From Camelus dromedarius (taxonomy: Eukaryota): a stretch of DNA of 64,000 bases. Made by a program: the position numbers and the translations under genes. The notes below the pieces were generated by a model. The model made no database searches, was not told the origin of the DNA, and was given only the letters and a program-made list of their open reading frames with translations. Positions 25,750 through 37,845 of this stretch are shown one piece after another. Positions within the stretch are counted from its first letter, which is position 1. The number at the start of each line of letters is the position of its first letter. The stretch lies in NCBI RefSeq assembly GCF_036321535.1, contig NC_087437.1, forward strand, positions 88,228,001 to 88,292,000. Reading direction: 5' to 3'.

Positions 25750-26450
25750 GGATTCGAAGGCTGTCCTGTCCTTCTAGGGATGGATTCTGGCCCCCTCTCT
25801 CTCCACCACAGCAGCTCCTCAAGGCAGGAGCGCCGGGAGTCTGCCCCGAGGTGGGGTGTGGCGGGCTCGGATCGCCACCCCTCACCCCAGAGCCGGGCCG
25901 GACCCCTCCCTTCCTCCCACCCTGGACCACCTGCTCCGCCCTGGACCACGCCTGCTCCCCGCAACTTCAGCCCGGAGGAGCGAGGGTGTAGAGGAAGTGC
26001 GAAAGGACGATTCTTGAATTCCAGAGCTGCCCCTTCGTCCCCAAAGAAGTGAGGGAAAAGAATTCGGCTCCAAGCCCGCAGGGTTTCCCGGCCCTCCCGC
26101 CCAGAGCTGCCCCCGCGCCCCTTCCCCACCCGCGCGCCGGCCGCCGGCGCGGCGCACTCTCCCTCGGAGGACGCGGAGCCACACACTCACCGAGAGCGCT
26201 CCCGCAGCAGTCCGGGGCAGGAAGCCGGACCCCCAGCCGGGCGGCGGGCCGGCGGGCCGGCGGGCCGGCAGGGGCTGCGGTGCGGGGTGCCGGCCGCCGC
26301 GGGGTGGAGAGCGGCGTGCCCGGGCTGCTCTCGCGGCCGCGAGCTGGCTGCGCGATGCGGGACTCGGGCGCCGTGCCGGGGCGGTCCGGAGCGCGGGCGG
26401 TCAGACGCCCCGGCTCTCTACCTCCCCAAACACTCCTCTCTTTTTGCCTT
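25750..26450. promoter_or_regulatory. CpG island promoter
   Basis: The only strongly GC/CpG-rich segment in an AT-rich window. GC boxes at 26378-26384 and 26395-26400, with CRE-like TGACGTGA (26633-26640), a GC box (~26786) and ETS CGGAAGTG (26798-26805) nearby. Confidence 0.92.
26191..26400 (-). other. Putative non-coding first exon of an unidentified minus-strand gene (5' end approximate)
   Basis: Consensus donor ctcg|GTGAGT at 26191/26190 inside the CpG island. No minus-strand ATG between 26191 and 26450. The larger L1s and the MLT1A in 1-26 kb lie antisense to this direction. Confidence 0.65.
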
Positions 26451-27050
26451 CATCCCCTCCTGCTTTCAACACTCCTTTCTCATCTCGCTTCTCTCACTTT
26501 CCCCCCTCCACCCTCGTCTCAGCCTTCTCCTTTCCCTTCCACTGATGCGTGGAGAAGGGCGGGGGAGGGAAGAGTCCCGTCTCTTTAACTTGAGTGATAC
26601 CTTGGAGATTATCTGTTCATAGAATCTGAAAATGACGTGAATAACCTTCCTGAAAACATCTAAAATAAGACGACTTATGTCTCCTTTTCCTTTTCTAACC
26701 TTTGCGTCTCCTTCTCCGTAGCTCTTTTTACCCGGTTGGGTGGCTAGGAAAGAGCTGAGGTACGGAAAGCGAAGAGGGAGTAATTGGGGGCGGTCTTCGG
26801 AAGTGGGCCTGCAAACCAGTCGCTGAATGGACCGAGTTCTCTATATCCACAACTTCACAAAGCAGGCATGTCCTGAAAAAGAATTGAGGTAGAGGGCGAA
26901 AGGAGAAGGGAGATACGCGGGGTAATGGGGCCAGGATTTAGTTAAGGCTTTAGTCTAAGGCATCACTTAGAGATTTACTCTTTAGATAGTTGGAATACAT
27001 CTGCAGTGTTTTGACCTAGATTTGACCTTGAGAAAATACTTGACCTTTAT

Positions 27051-27812
27051 TGTTCATGGCCTTAAATGTGTTTTTCAGATCAATGACTCATAGCCCAGTA
27101 GACTGAGTCCCTTCAGCTCCAGCCTATGAGAACTAGACCTGCTTTGACTGATCCTAGAAACTTGAGTGCTTCTTGGAAGCAGGACCCTATGAGGCCTTCC
27201 CAGGGTAGACCCCACATCCCCACCCCATGTCCTCCACTTGCCCCTTGTCTGTAGAAAAACTAGCCCCCTAGGCTTTCCCCAAGTTAAAAAAAAATAAATT
27301 TAATCAGAGAAGTGAGAAAATACAGAAAGAATGGAGAACAGTCAAGCAAAACAAAATAGTAATGGTTTAGCCATTAAACAAAGTCAAGGACCTTTAGTAC
27401 CTCCTCAAGGCTATAGATAAAATTCTGAGCCATATCCTTTGAGCTGTTTTGCAGTTACTAAAACCTCCACCAGGTAGAAGAAGTTAATTGTATGCTGCCC
27501 ATAGACACACAGACCCCAGATGAATTGAAACCAGAAAGTTGATGCTGTTGACTCTCAATTGCCTTACCACCAACCAATCAAAAGGATGTCCACCAGCTGA
27601 TCACAGTAACCCACAACCTCTCTCCTTCACCCTTGTCTTTAAAAACCGTTCCCTGGAAACCATCAGGGAGTTTGGAGTTTTGTAGCATTAGCTGCCTGGA
27701 CTCCCTGCTTGGTGCTCTGCAATATCTGCTACCCTTTCCTTTACCACAACCCAGTGTCAGTAGATTGGCTTTACTGTGAGTAGAGGGGTAGACCCAAATT
27801 TGATTCTGTAAT
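27051..27812 (+). mobile_element. ERV1-class solo LTR
   Basis: Starts TGTT and ends ...tgattctgtaata. Contains CCAAT (ccaaccaatca), TATA-like ctttaaaaa, and R/U5-like ccacaacccagtgtcagtagattggctttactg. Subfamily not assigned. Confidence 0.75.
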
Positions 27813-30800
27813 AGAAGGTGTCAGTTTTCCAGCACTGGAAGAGTTCGCCAATGGTGGGACAGATGTTTTGTACGAAGCGACACCCCCACAATCCACCAGT
27901 GGACCCACCCCAAGACATAGTTTACCCTGGATCTGACTATCCCAGATCCTTTCTCACCAAAAGGAACTCCTGTCATTGAAAGCTGCTTTCTGTTCTCCCA
28001 TCTCACAAAACTTTCTGCCATTCAAAGATGATCTTCTATAAATGCTTCTCATAGACTAAACATGTATTTTCCAGCCCATCTTTCTTCTCTTGTTGAGGTC
28101 ATCCTTGCTCTCTGACATCATATATATATAAATGAGATCCTATATATAAAACACTAAACATAATGCTTGTCATTTAGTACTCAAGAACTGTTAGCTGAAC
28201 TTTTACAGGTAATGATTTTGGATCATCATTAGCATTTACTTCATGTTTTTACTCTCCCACATAATTCTTAAATCTTAATTCCCTGTGTCATAATTTGCTT
28301 GGTCCCAGCCCTGGTCTCATAAATATCTGACTATGTGGCTATGGCTCTTCATTTATGAGAGCAGAGTGAAAATAATGCCAGAGTAAGTTAAGATTTATAA
28401 CTTTCCTAATAGAACACAGTAATTTCCCTAGAAGATATGACATTGACCACCCTGATTTTACACTTGTACCCAGAGTAATTTGTAACAAATCTTGTAGATG
28501 ACAGCCATGGAGAGAGTCCAAGGTTATATCAACTCAACAAACAGATCAGGAATGTATGTACTTTCTACACAGAAGGATGTTTCTGAATGCCATGTGTGGA
28601 CTTGTGCATTTGGAGCTAACAATTCTGTAGTATATCTGGGGGGGGGGGGTAGATTGTATTCAGTGAAGATGCGTGAAAAATCTCACCTATGATGTAAAGG
28701 CGACGTAAGTTTTCAGATGCTTCTGCTATTGCTAGTGCAGCGAACAAATTTACTTAGGCATCAGTAACAAAAACGCACCTTGCAGGCTGCAATAAGTCAC
28801 TGTGCCCTAGAGATACTCCACTTGCTATTCAGTGCACAGACACTCGACCCAGCAGGCAAGACCCAGTCGCAACACTCAGCCAGGGTCACTCTGAGTAAGT
28901 AGAGGGTGAGTAACTGGGCTGCTTCTTTAGATAAGTTACTACATTTTAAAATCCTGAATCTCAGTGAGAAAGAGGCCAGAATCTCAGTCAGTTTTAAGTT
29001 CACAGCTTTAAAACTCTTTAGGATGAATTAAGTTATCACAAACAGGTTCTTTCCAAAGAAAGCTTAGATAAAAGATCCAGAAAGCATCAGTGCTTAAAGG
29101 TCTTGTTTATTGTTTTTCTTACATATGTGGGGACAAATGTACTAATAGGCAAGAAATTAATAGTCTATTTCTTGATCTTTTGTCAGAAAGGAATTTTAAT
29201 TAAATTGTACTACTTTGATAATATTGAACTTAGTTAAGACTAAGTTGAAGTTCCCTTGTTTCTTTCAATCAAGCTGACTGCACTAAGATAACTGTAAAAG
29301 TGCAAAATTAATGAAAAAGCTGGAAAGTTGTGAAAGGATGTAAGTAATGTAGACAGGACACAAATACTGTGGGCCTAAATTCTGTAACCTTTCCTTAATG
29401 GCTATGTTTTCCTTGAGTTATTTGGCTAACTACAGAAGATTAACTTGCCCTCATAAACCTCACAAGTAAGATCCACTGACTCATTCCATGACATCAACAA
29501 GTCACTTTTTAAAAGCATTATTTTAAGTACCCTTTTTTATTTTGGAAAAAATACTGCAGAATAAAATGAAAACTCATAATACAAATTAAAGCACTAAAGT
29601 AAGGAAACTCTTCCTAAGTCTATGGGAAAGAATTTTATTTTTCTGTAATTATTCAGATTGAATTTATTCATTCATTAAATTCATCAGATAATTGCTCCTT
29701 CTTTTGGAAGGAAGTCAAATAGAAAGGTCTGAAGAGGTTGAATAAATATAATTTAATAATTCCATAATATGCAGGGAAGACTGGATTGGGAAATAATCCA
29801 TGTCATAAAATAATGAGTATTTGCTTAGTCTCTAGAGAATACTATCATAACTAAAATAGCAACAGAAAAATTGGTTTCATAATTTAGATAGATTCTTTTA
29901 TATAAATCATTAAAATTCTCCTTCTAGTTAGCTAAATTCATGAGTTATTTCCAAGTATGTGCAAAGTGATGGGGTAGACAGACAACTTAACTAGAAAGCT
30001 CCAGGTTTGTCACTATAGAACTGTGAATTGGGCCATAGTTAGTTAATCTTTAAAAATGAGTTGAGAAGTAGTGAACAAGGTAAACACCAACTCTTAAATA
30101 ATGTTTTTATCTATTGCCACGTTTTTCTTTGTCTCCACAACTGAAAGAATTGCAGCATGGTGTTTCACACACTATAATTATAGTATAGCTGGGCAAAAAT
30201 GTTGAAGAATATGTGATGTGTCAAAACAAGTAGTTACTAAGTCTACTATGATTGTACAATAGGAAAACTACAGTTGACCAAGTTCAGTTAAAGAAACATT
30301 AACAACATTAAAGTGCTATATAATCCAACGCTCTAGCTAAAAACTCAGATTATCTCAATAGATAGTCAATATCAATAAATTCATATTTCTTAGTAATTTT
30401 GATGCAGTTCTCAGTTACATTATATTTGTGTTTTACCTACAGCCATTGTTTATGTTAATCTTAATATTTTTAATACCATTTCACAATTATTCATTTATTC
30501 TGTATTTGGTATGGCAACTGGAAAATTACAGTTATCTCCCTGTATTCATGAGAAAACTAGGTATAAAGATCATGAAGGAGACTTGCATTAGAACTGAACT
30601 AACTTGACTCAATTTCATCAAGCCATTAACCAGTTTGGTAACTTAAATAAGGTATCCAATCTCTTCCAATTCAGGCTTTCTAAATTTCAAATGGGAATAA
30701 TGCCAAATCTTTCTTTCTCCAGAAGTTACCTTGAGTGTACTCGGATACAATGTATGAAATTCCACAGAAAGGGTAAACTGTTAAACAACAAAAAGTTAAA

Positions 30801-31398
30801 TTTATGTGAAGAAAGCAAGAAAATCAGAGCAAAATCATCAGGTTTTGACACAATAAAGTTATCTTCCATGTTGCTAATCTTTTGATCAGAAACTTGTCAA
30901 TACATGCAAGCCAAATTTTAAAGAGAAGATAGTTCATAGAAGTGTAATTTACAACTAAACAGCTTCTGGTCAACCAGACAGGGTACTTTGCATGCTTTTG
31001 TACTAGTGAGTACTCAGCCAATTGGAGTATCAAATGGGAATATTGAAAAAATCAGCATGTACTTAACAATAAACAGGTCTTTGTTTCTTTTCCTATGTCC
31101 TGTGGTTATTTCTGCATAGATGCAGTTATAGAAATAATGTCAATTTAAAAAAGGATGTTTTTGAAAAATCAAGGTAAAACCCTATAGCTGGATCATTGCC
31201 AGTTCTTAATATATGTAAACAAACTCTACTGTAATTAATGGAAATTTACTAGGACAAAAACGTAGACTCCAAGTGTTTAAAATGTAATAGAATTATCCGA
31301 CATTAGTGTTTAAAAGATTGATTAATATGTGTCCTTGATGGAGAACAAATTGTGATTATTTTAAAAATAAGTTTATTATATCTTTATATGTGTACTTT

Positions 31399-32196
31399 TT
31401 AAAAATGTGACATGATTCCTGGGTCATATGGTAAGTCTATTCCTAGTCTTTTGAGGAATCTCCACACTGTTTTCCATAGTGGCTGCACCAAACTGCATTC
31501 CCACCAGCAGTGTAGGAGGGTTCCCCTTTCTCCACAGCCTCTCCAGCATTTGTCATTTGTGGATTTTTGAATGACGGCCATTCTGACTGGTGTGAGGTGA
31601 TACCTCATTGTAGTTTTGATTTGCATTTCTCTGATAATTAGTGATATTGAGCATTTTTTCATGTGCTTTTTGATCATTTGTATGTCTTCCTTGGAGAATT
31701 GCTTGTTTAGGTCTTCTGCCCATTTTTGGATTGGGTTGTTTATTTTTTTCTTATTGAGTCGTATGAGCTGCTTATATATTCTGGAGATCAAGCCTTTGTC
31801 GGTTTCACTTGCAAAATTTTTCTCCCATTCCGTAGGTTTTCTTCTTGTTTTATTTCTGGTTTCCTTTGCTGTGCAGAAGCTTGTAAGTTTCATTAGGTCC
31901 CATTTGTTTATTCTTGCTTTTATTTCTTCTAGGAGAAAATTTTTGAGATGTATGTCAGATAATGTTTTGCCTATGTTTTCCTCTAGGAGGTTTATTGTAT
32001 CTTGTCTTATGTTTAAGTCTTTAATCCATTTTGAGTTGATTTTTGTATATGGTGTAAGGGAGTGTTTTAGCTTCATTGTTTTACATGCTGCTGTCCAGTT
32101 TTCCCAGCACCATTTGCTGAAGAGACTGTCTTTATTCCAATGTATATTCTTGCCTCCTTTGTCAAAGATGAGTTGACCAAAAGTTTGTGGGTTCAT
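31399..32196 (-). pseudogene. L1 ORF2p C-terminal fragment, 265-aa open frame
   Basis: QLIFDKG...[11 protein letters not shown]...[16 protein letters not shown]...[18 protein letters not shown] (CCHC motif). No endonuclease or RT domain, so not functional. Confidence 0.92.
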
Positions 32197-32918
32197 TTCT
32201 GGGCTCTCTATTCTGTTCCATTGTTCTATATGTCTGTTTTGGTACCAATACCATGCTGTCTTGATGACTGTAGCTCTATAGTATTGTCTGGGCTTGTATC
32301 CAGAAGGAAATCTACTTCAGGATGACACCTGCACCCCAATGTTCATAGCAGCACTATTTACAATAGCCAAAACATGGAAATAGCCTAAATGTCCATCAAC
32401 AGGTGACTGGATAAAGAAGATGTGGTATATTTATACAATGGAATACTACTCAGCCATAAAAACCGACAACATAATGCCATTTGCAGCAACATGGATGCTC
32501 CTGGAGAATGTCATTCTAAGTGAAGTAAGGCAGAAAGAGAAAGAAAAATACCATATGAGATCACTCATATGTGGAATCTAAAAAAAAACAAAAACAAAAA
32601 CAAACAAACAAACAAAAACAAAGTGTAAATAAAGGACAGAAATAGACTCACAGACAGAGAATACAGACTTGTGGTTACCAGGGGGGTGGAGGGTGGGAAG
32701 GGATAGACTGGGATTTCAAAATTGTAGAATAGACTACACTGTATAGCACAGGGAAATATACACAAAATGTTATGATAACTCACAGAGAAAAAAATGTGAC
32801 AATGAGTGTGTATATGTCCATGAATAACTGAAAAATTGTGCTGAACACTGGAATTAGACACAACATTGTAAAATGATTATAAATCAATAAAAAATGTTAA
32901 AAAAATAAAAATAAAAAT
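31416..32918 (+). mobile_element. Very young 5'-inverted (twin-primed) LINE-1 insertion
   Basis: TSD aaaaatgtgacatga at 31401-31415 and 32919-32933. Antisense ORF2 piece 31416-~32290, sense ORF2 end and 3'UTR ~32288-32900, AATAAA and an A-rich tail. Confidence 0.96.
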
Positions 32919-35089
32919 AAAAATGTGACATGAGACTTAACAGCTTAGTAAAAGTTTTGGTAAATTATTATTGTTTAATTAAGTGCATTTCCCACAGGAT
33001 TTTAATACAATTTGTCCAAAGCTCCGTGCCAAGTCTGTAACCATTTAAAATGCCATCATGGTAATAGTCCAAAGTTGAACACAGAGAGCCTAAGGCAGCA
33101 GCTGATCAGTATGAGTAAGCCCGCTATTGTAAGTGAAGTCCTACTAAGCACACTGGGATGAAGTAGACAGCTTCTCTGAATAGGGTTCACCCATAAAGCT
33201 TCTAGTTTTCAAAGAGAAAAAAAACTTCTCAACACTTTTAAATTATAAATGTTTCCTTGTATTACTTTAAGCACATATTTACATATGAAATAGGATTAGT
33301 GAATTCGTTTTAAAGTATAATTTAATGCTGCTTTGGGAAGCAGACTCTCCCAAACATTTAATTATTGTTTCTATTGTACCTCAGGCTGTGTTCATTCTAC
33401 TATTTTATCATTTATCACACTTTGTTGTAATTAATTTGTGTTTGTGTATTTGTCTGTTTTCTTCTGGACTCTGAGCTATTTCAAGTAAAAACTATTCCAT
33501 TCATCTTTGCTCACCCTTAGTAATTTGCCTTATGCCTAGAAATTGGAAGATGCTCAGTAATTTTTGAAACATATGCATGAAGAAATATATTAGGTACATA
33601 TCTTTAAAAATAAAATCCATTAACTTCTGTTTTTCAAAAATGATGTTTGTTAAATTATCTGGTGTCTTTTACAGTGTCATTCAATGATACTGTATAGAAT
33701 ATCTCTCCTTTCTCCTCCCCTTGCTGTCACTCTCTGCTTTTCATATTGGAGGTATCTTAAAATGTCTGACGTTGTTTGGATATTCATTAATATTTAAAAG
33801 TGGGATACAGAAGCTCTGTGTGCCACGTTGTACCTACCTAAGAGTGGGCTTCATTAAAATTGATGGATCAGTGAACTGCATATTCCATGGAAAATGTCTG
33901 TTATTTGGGATTGTTCAATTACTCCAGAGAAGAATCTTCCAGTCTCTTTTTTTGAAGCATTCTGGGAGTAGTAAGGGGTAAGGTAATGGGGGATTCCACT
34001 CTTTATTATGTAAAATTTCACTTAATCTTTCTATGCCGTGCCTCCGTGCTTGGCGTTTTTTTGTGCAGGAAAATCTCTGGTGCAATTTTCCTGGAGAATA
34101 ACTCCCCCGTCTTTCTCGTGGGGTGAGGATAGAGAAACTATTGCCTGGCTACAATGCACAGTCAGAAGACCTAGCCATAGTTTTCCATTATACACAGAAG
34201 ACTTCTAACCAATACACCTGTTTTCGGGACTGTGCTATACTCACTTTTTAAGATGCCCAGTGCTTGTCCTGAGCCTCTCACGGGTGTGGCGGAGCCAGCT
34301 ACCACTCATCTACCTGCTTTCAGTTTTCCTATCTCCTAGCAAAACATGGAAACCTAATGTCTGCTTTCCTGTTGTTTCATTCCTTGTGGCTTAATGCCAT
34401 TTTCTTTCTTAACTGCCTTTTTAGCAGGGGTGTTATGGATAAATGCACAAATACATGATGTTTAATTAACCTTTCAAAGTTAAAAGAGAATCTCTGTAAA
34501 ATACATAGTGTTTGGCCCTGATAATATATTATTATGTACTATGCTATGTTATGATATGATACTACAACATACAAAATTTATATGTAATTTTTACCTTTTC
34601 TATGTTATTGTCATAACTGAAACTGTCCATTTTTAAGTTGATATAATAATTAAGAATTATTTGCTCTTAGTTGCATTTGTTTACTTTCTTGCTCTTTCTC
34701 TTCTTTTTGGCACTCCAATTTCTATTAGTCTCCTGTTTTCTATACATCTAGCTCTATTTTCCTTTTACTTTAATGTTCTTTTCTAAATGGTGATACCACA
34801 GAGAGGGGGTTATGTTATTGTGTCATATACTATTGGCCTTCAGATCAGCTATTTATGCTTATTGTTTGCCCTTATGTTTTCTTCTACATAATGAAAAACA
34901 TTTATTATTCTATAACTGTTTGATATAAAATGAAAGAAAAAACGTTTTTTAAAACTACCTGTTGTAGAACCTAGAGGCGCCACTCTATTAATAACAAAGT
35001 TTAGATTATCCTGTTCGCAGAACTTTCAGGAGAATATGGGAAATTGGTAGTAATCATAATTGAACAATAATGGTTATTACTATTACTTC

Positions 35090-35300
35090 TACTAACAGCT
35101 ACCGACACCACAACTGCAGCAAGCACCTTACATGTGTTGTGAGACTAAGAGAAATGTATCAGTGTCCCTAGTTCACAGATAGAGGAGATGAGGCTTAGAG
35201 AATCTAAGCGACTTTCATAGCGTTAACCAGCTAGTAAGTGGCATAAATTGGATTGAATTCATCTTATAACTGATTCCAAAGTATGTTTTCCTCCCACAAC
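35090..35300 (-). mobile_element. MIR SINE
   Basis: cacagatagaggagatgaggcttagagaatctaagcgactt...ccagctagtaagtggca. Confidence 0.65.
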
Positions 35301-35396
35301 ACCATTAATAAAAAAACAGTTTTGTATATTGATTTAATGTTAAAGTCAAAGGTATTATTAAGAGTAGTTATGTGGTGCTATATAGTATGTATTTTA

Positions 35397-35542
35397 TTTT
35401 ATTTTTATTCTTTGAGTTTTTTTGGAGGGAGGAGGTATTAGATTTATTTATTTATTCATTTATTTATTTATTTTAAATGGAGGTGCTGGGGATTGAAGCC
35501 AGGACCTCGTGCATGCTACCACAGAGCTATAATCTCCCTCCA
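35397..35542 (-). mobile_element. tRNA-derived SINE (camelid Vic-1-like) with 15-bp TSD
   Basis: TSD atagtatgtatttta at 35382-35396 and 35543-35557. Body tggaggtgctggggattgaagccaggacctcgtgcatgct. Confidence 0.9.
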
Positions 35543-35719
35543 ATAGTATGTATTTTACAGTTTGAGCTTTTGTTTTTATAAAACCTCTAGGACGAGCCCT
35601 ACCAACTCCAATTCCAGCCCTTCCCTTGTTGTTCAGCCCTGTCCCTAGGCCTCTTCTCTCCCTTCTACCCTTTCCCTGACTCTTTGCTCTTTCTCTAACA
35701 ATCTCCTACCTTAGTTACA

Positions 35720-37578
35720 GTTTTTTGTTTAACAGTTTTGTTGATATGTAATTCATATCCCATAAAATTTACTCATTTGAAGTTTATAATACTTGGTTTT
35801 TAGTATACATAGAGTTGTGCAACCATCATCATAATCAATCTTAGAACATATTTATCACCCAAAGAAACTTCATTCCCATTAGCACTCACTCCCCATTCTC
35901 CCCATCCCATCCCCTTGTCCTGGGTAACCAACAATCTTTCTGTCTCTATAGATTTGCTTATTCCAGACATTTAATATAAATAGAACATAGAATATGTAGT
36001 CTTCTGTGACTGACTTCTTTCACTTAGCATGTTTTCAAGGTTCATCCATGTTACAGCATATAACAGTACTTCATTCCCTTTGATTGCAGAATTAAGTATT
36101 CCATTGTATAGATATACCACATTTTATTTATCTATTCATCAGATGAAGGACACTTGGGTTGTTTCCAATTTTTGACTGTTATGAATAATGATGCAACATA
36201 TACATGTATAAGTTTCTGCATAGTCATGTGTTTATTTCATTTCTCTCTATACCTAGGAGTAGAATTGCTGGACATATGGTAATTCTATATTTAACTTTTT
36301 CAGGAACTGGCAGATTGTTTTCTAAGTATCTGCAGCATTCTACATTAAATATGAGGATTCCAATTTCTCATATCCTTGTCAACTTTTTTTATTATCTTTT
36401 TGATTATAGCCATTCTGCTGGGAGTAACATGACACCTCATTGGTGTTTTGATTTGCATTTTTCTAATAACTAATGGTGCTGAGCGTATTTGCGTGTGCTT
36501 ATGGTCCATTTGTATATTTTTAGAAAAGCATCCATTCATATCCTTTGTCCATTTTTAGTTGTATTTTTTTAATAATTGAGTTGTAAGAGTTTTTACATAT
36601 TTTAAATAAAAATTTCTTATTTGATATATAATCTCCAATTTTTTTCTCCCATTCTATGGGTGGTTGTTGTTTTATCTTTCTTGATTGGTGTTCTGTGAAG
36701 TTTTTGATTTTGATAAAATTTAAATTATCTATTTCTTCCTTTGTCTCTTAGTGTGCTCTTGGTGTCATATGTAAGAAGTCTTTACTTAATCCATAGTCAT
36801 TAAGATTTACTCCTATATTTTCTTCTAAGAGTTTTAGAGTTTTAGCTCTTACATTTCTGTACTTAATCTAGTATGAAGAGAAAAATTCACCTTCAACTGA
36901 ATATCCAGTTGTCTCAGTACCAGTTGTTGAAAATATTATTTCTTTCTCCATCAAATTATCTAAGCACCTTATTGAAAATCAGTTAATTATAAATGTAAGG
37001 GTTTATTTTTAGACTCTTGATATTATTCCATTGATCTATATATTTACACTTATGCCAGTAATACATTTTCTTGATTTCTGTAGCTTTGTATTAAGTTCTG
37101 AAATTGGGAAATGTGAGTCCTCCAAATTTGTGCTTTTTCAAAATGCTTTTAGCTATTCTCAGTCCCCTGAAATTTTGTATGAATTTTGAGATCAGTTTGT
37201 AAATTTTGTCAATAAAGCCAACACAGGTTTTGATGTAGATTCTAATAAATCTGTAGATCAATTTGGGGAGTATTATTATCTTACCCATATTAGTGTTCTG
37301 ATTCTTGAAAAAGGAATGTCTTTCCATTTATTAGGTCTTCTTTAATTTCTTTTAATACTGTTTTGTGGTTTTCAGATTATAAATTTTGCACTTCTTTTGT
37401 TTAGTTTATTCCTAAGTATTTTACTCTTTTTCATGCTATGAGAAATAAAATTGTCTTAATTTCATTTTAAAAATTATTCCTTGTTAATGTCTAAAAATAC
37501 AATTAAATTTTACAACTTGATCACGTGACTAGTAACCTTGCTGAATTCGTTCATTGGTTCTAATAGATTTTTAGTGAA
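35720..37578 (-). mobile_element. Old 5'-truncated LINE-1 (L1MB-like)
   Basis: Antisense L1MB-type 3'UTR (gagttgtgcaaccatcatcataatc) and ORF2 remnants (ILPKLIYRF..., KFGGLTFPNF, KMQIKTPMR). Confidence 0.9.
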
Positions 37579-37589
37579 TGAGAGAAAAA

Positions 37590-37845
37590 TATCACTGCAT
37601 ATTCTTTACACATTAAAAGGATGTTAAGACAGCATTTCGAATCCAATGATACAGGAAAAGGATAATGCATCATAAGCAAGTAGGGCTTAACTCGGGAATG
37701 GCTTAACATTCTAATATAAATGTATGTAATCTATCATAGTAACAGTATATAAGAGAAAACCATATGATAATTTAAATAGATGCAGAAAAATCTTTCAGTA
37801 AAATTGAACTTCTATTTATGATTATAAGGCTCAGCAAATTGAGAT
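37590..37845 (+). mobile_element. LINE-1 ORF2 RT fragment, opposite orientation to the adjacent L1
   Basis: atgcatcataagcaagtagggctt...ccatatgataatttaaatagatgcagaaaaatcttt (HDQVGFI...IDAEKAF-like). Confidence 0.7.

Noticed and set aside
25545..26622. Overlapping 70-179 aa ORFs on both strands at the CpG island
   Set aside because: Arg/Gly/Pro/Ala-rich frames are expected in stop-poor GC-rich DNA. No recognisable protein.
31616..32176. 186-aa hydrophobic plus-strand ORF
   Set aside because: It is the antisense frame of L1 ORF2, a common artefact that mimics a membrane protein.
34966..34985. CTCF-like aacctagaggcgcca
   Set aside because: Several mismatches in the core motif and no other support.
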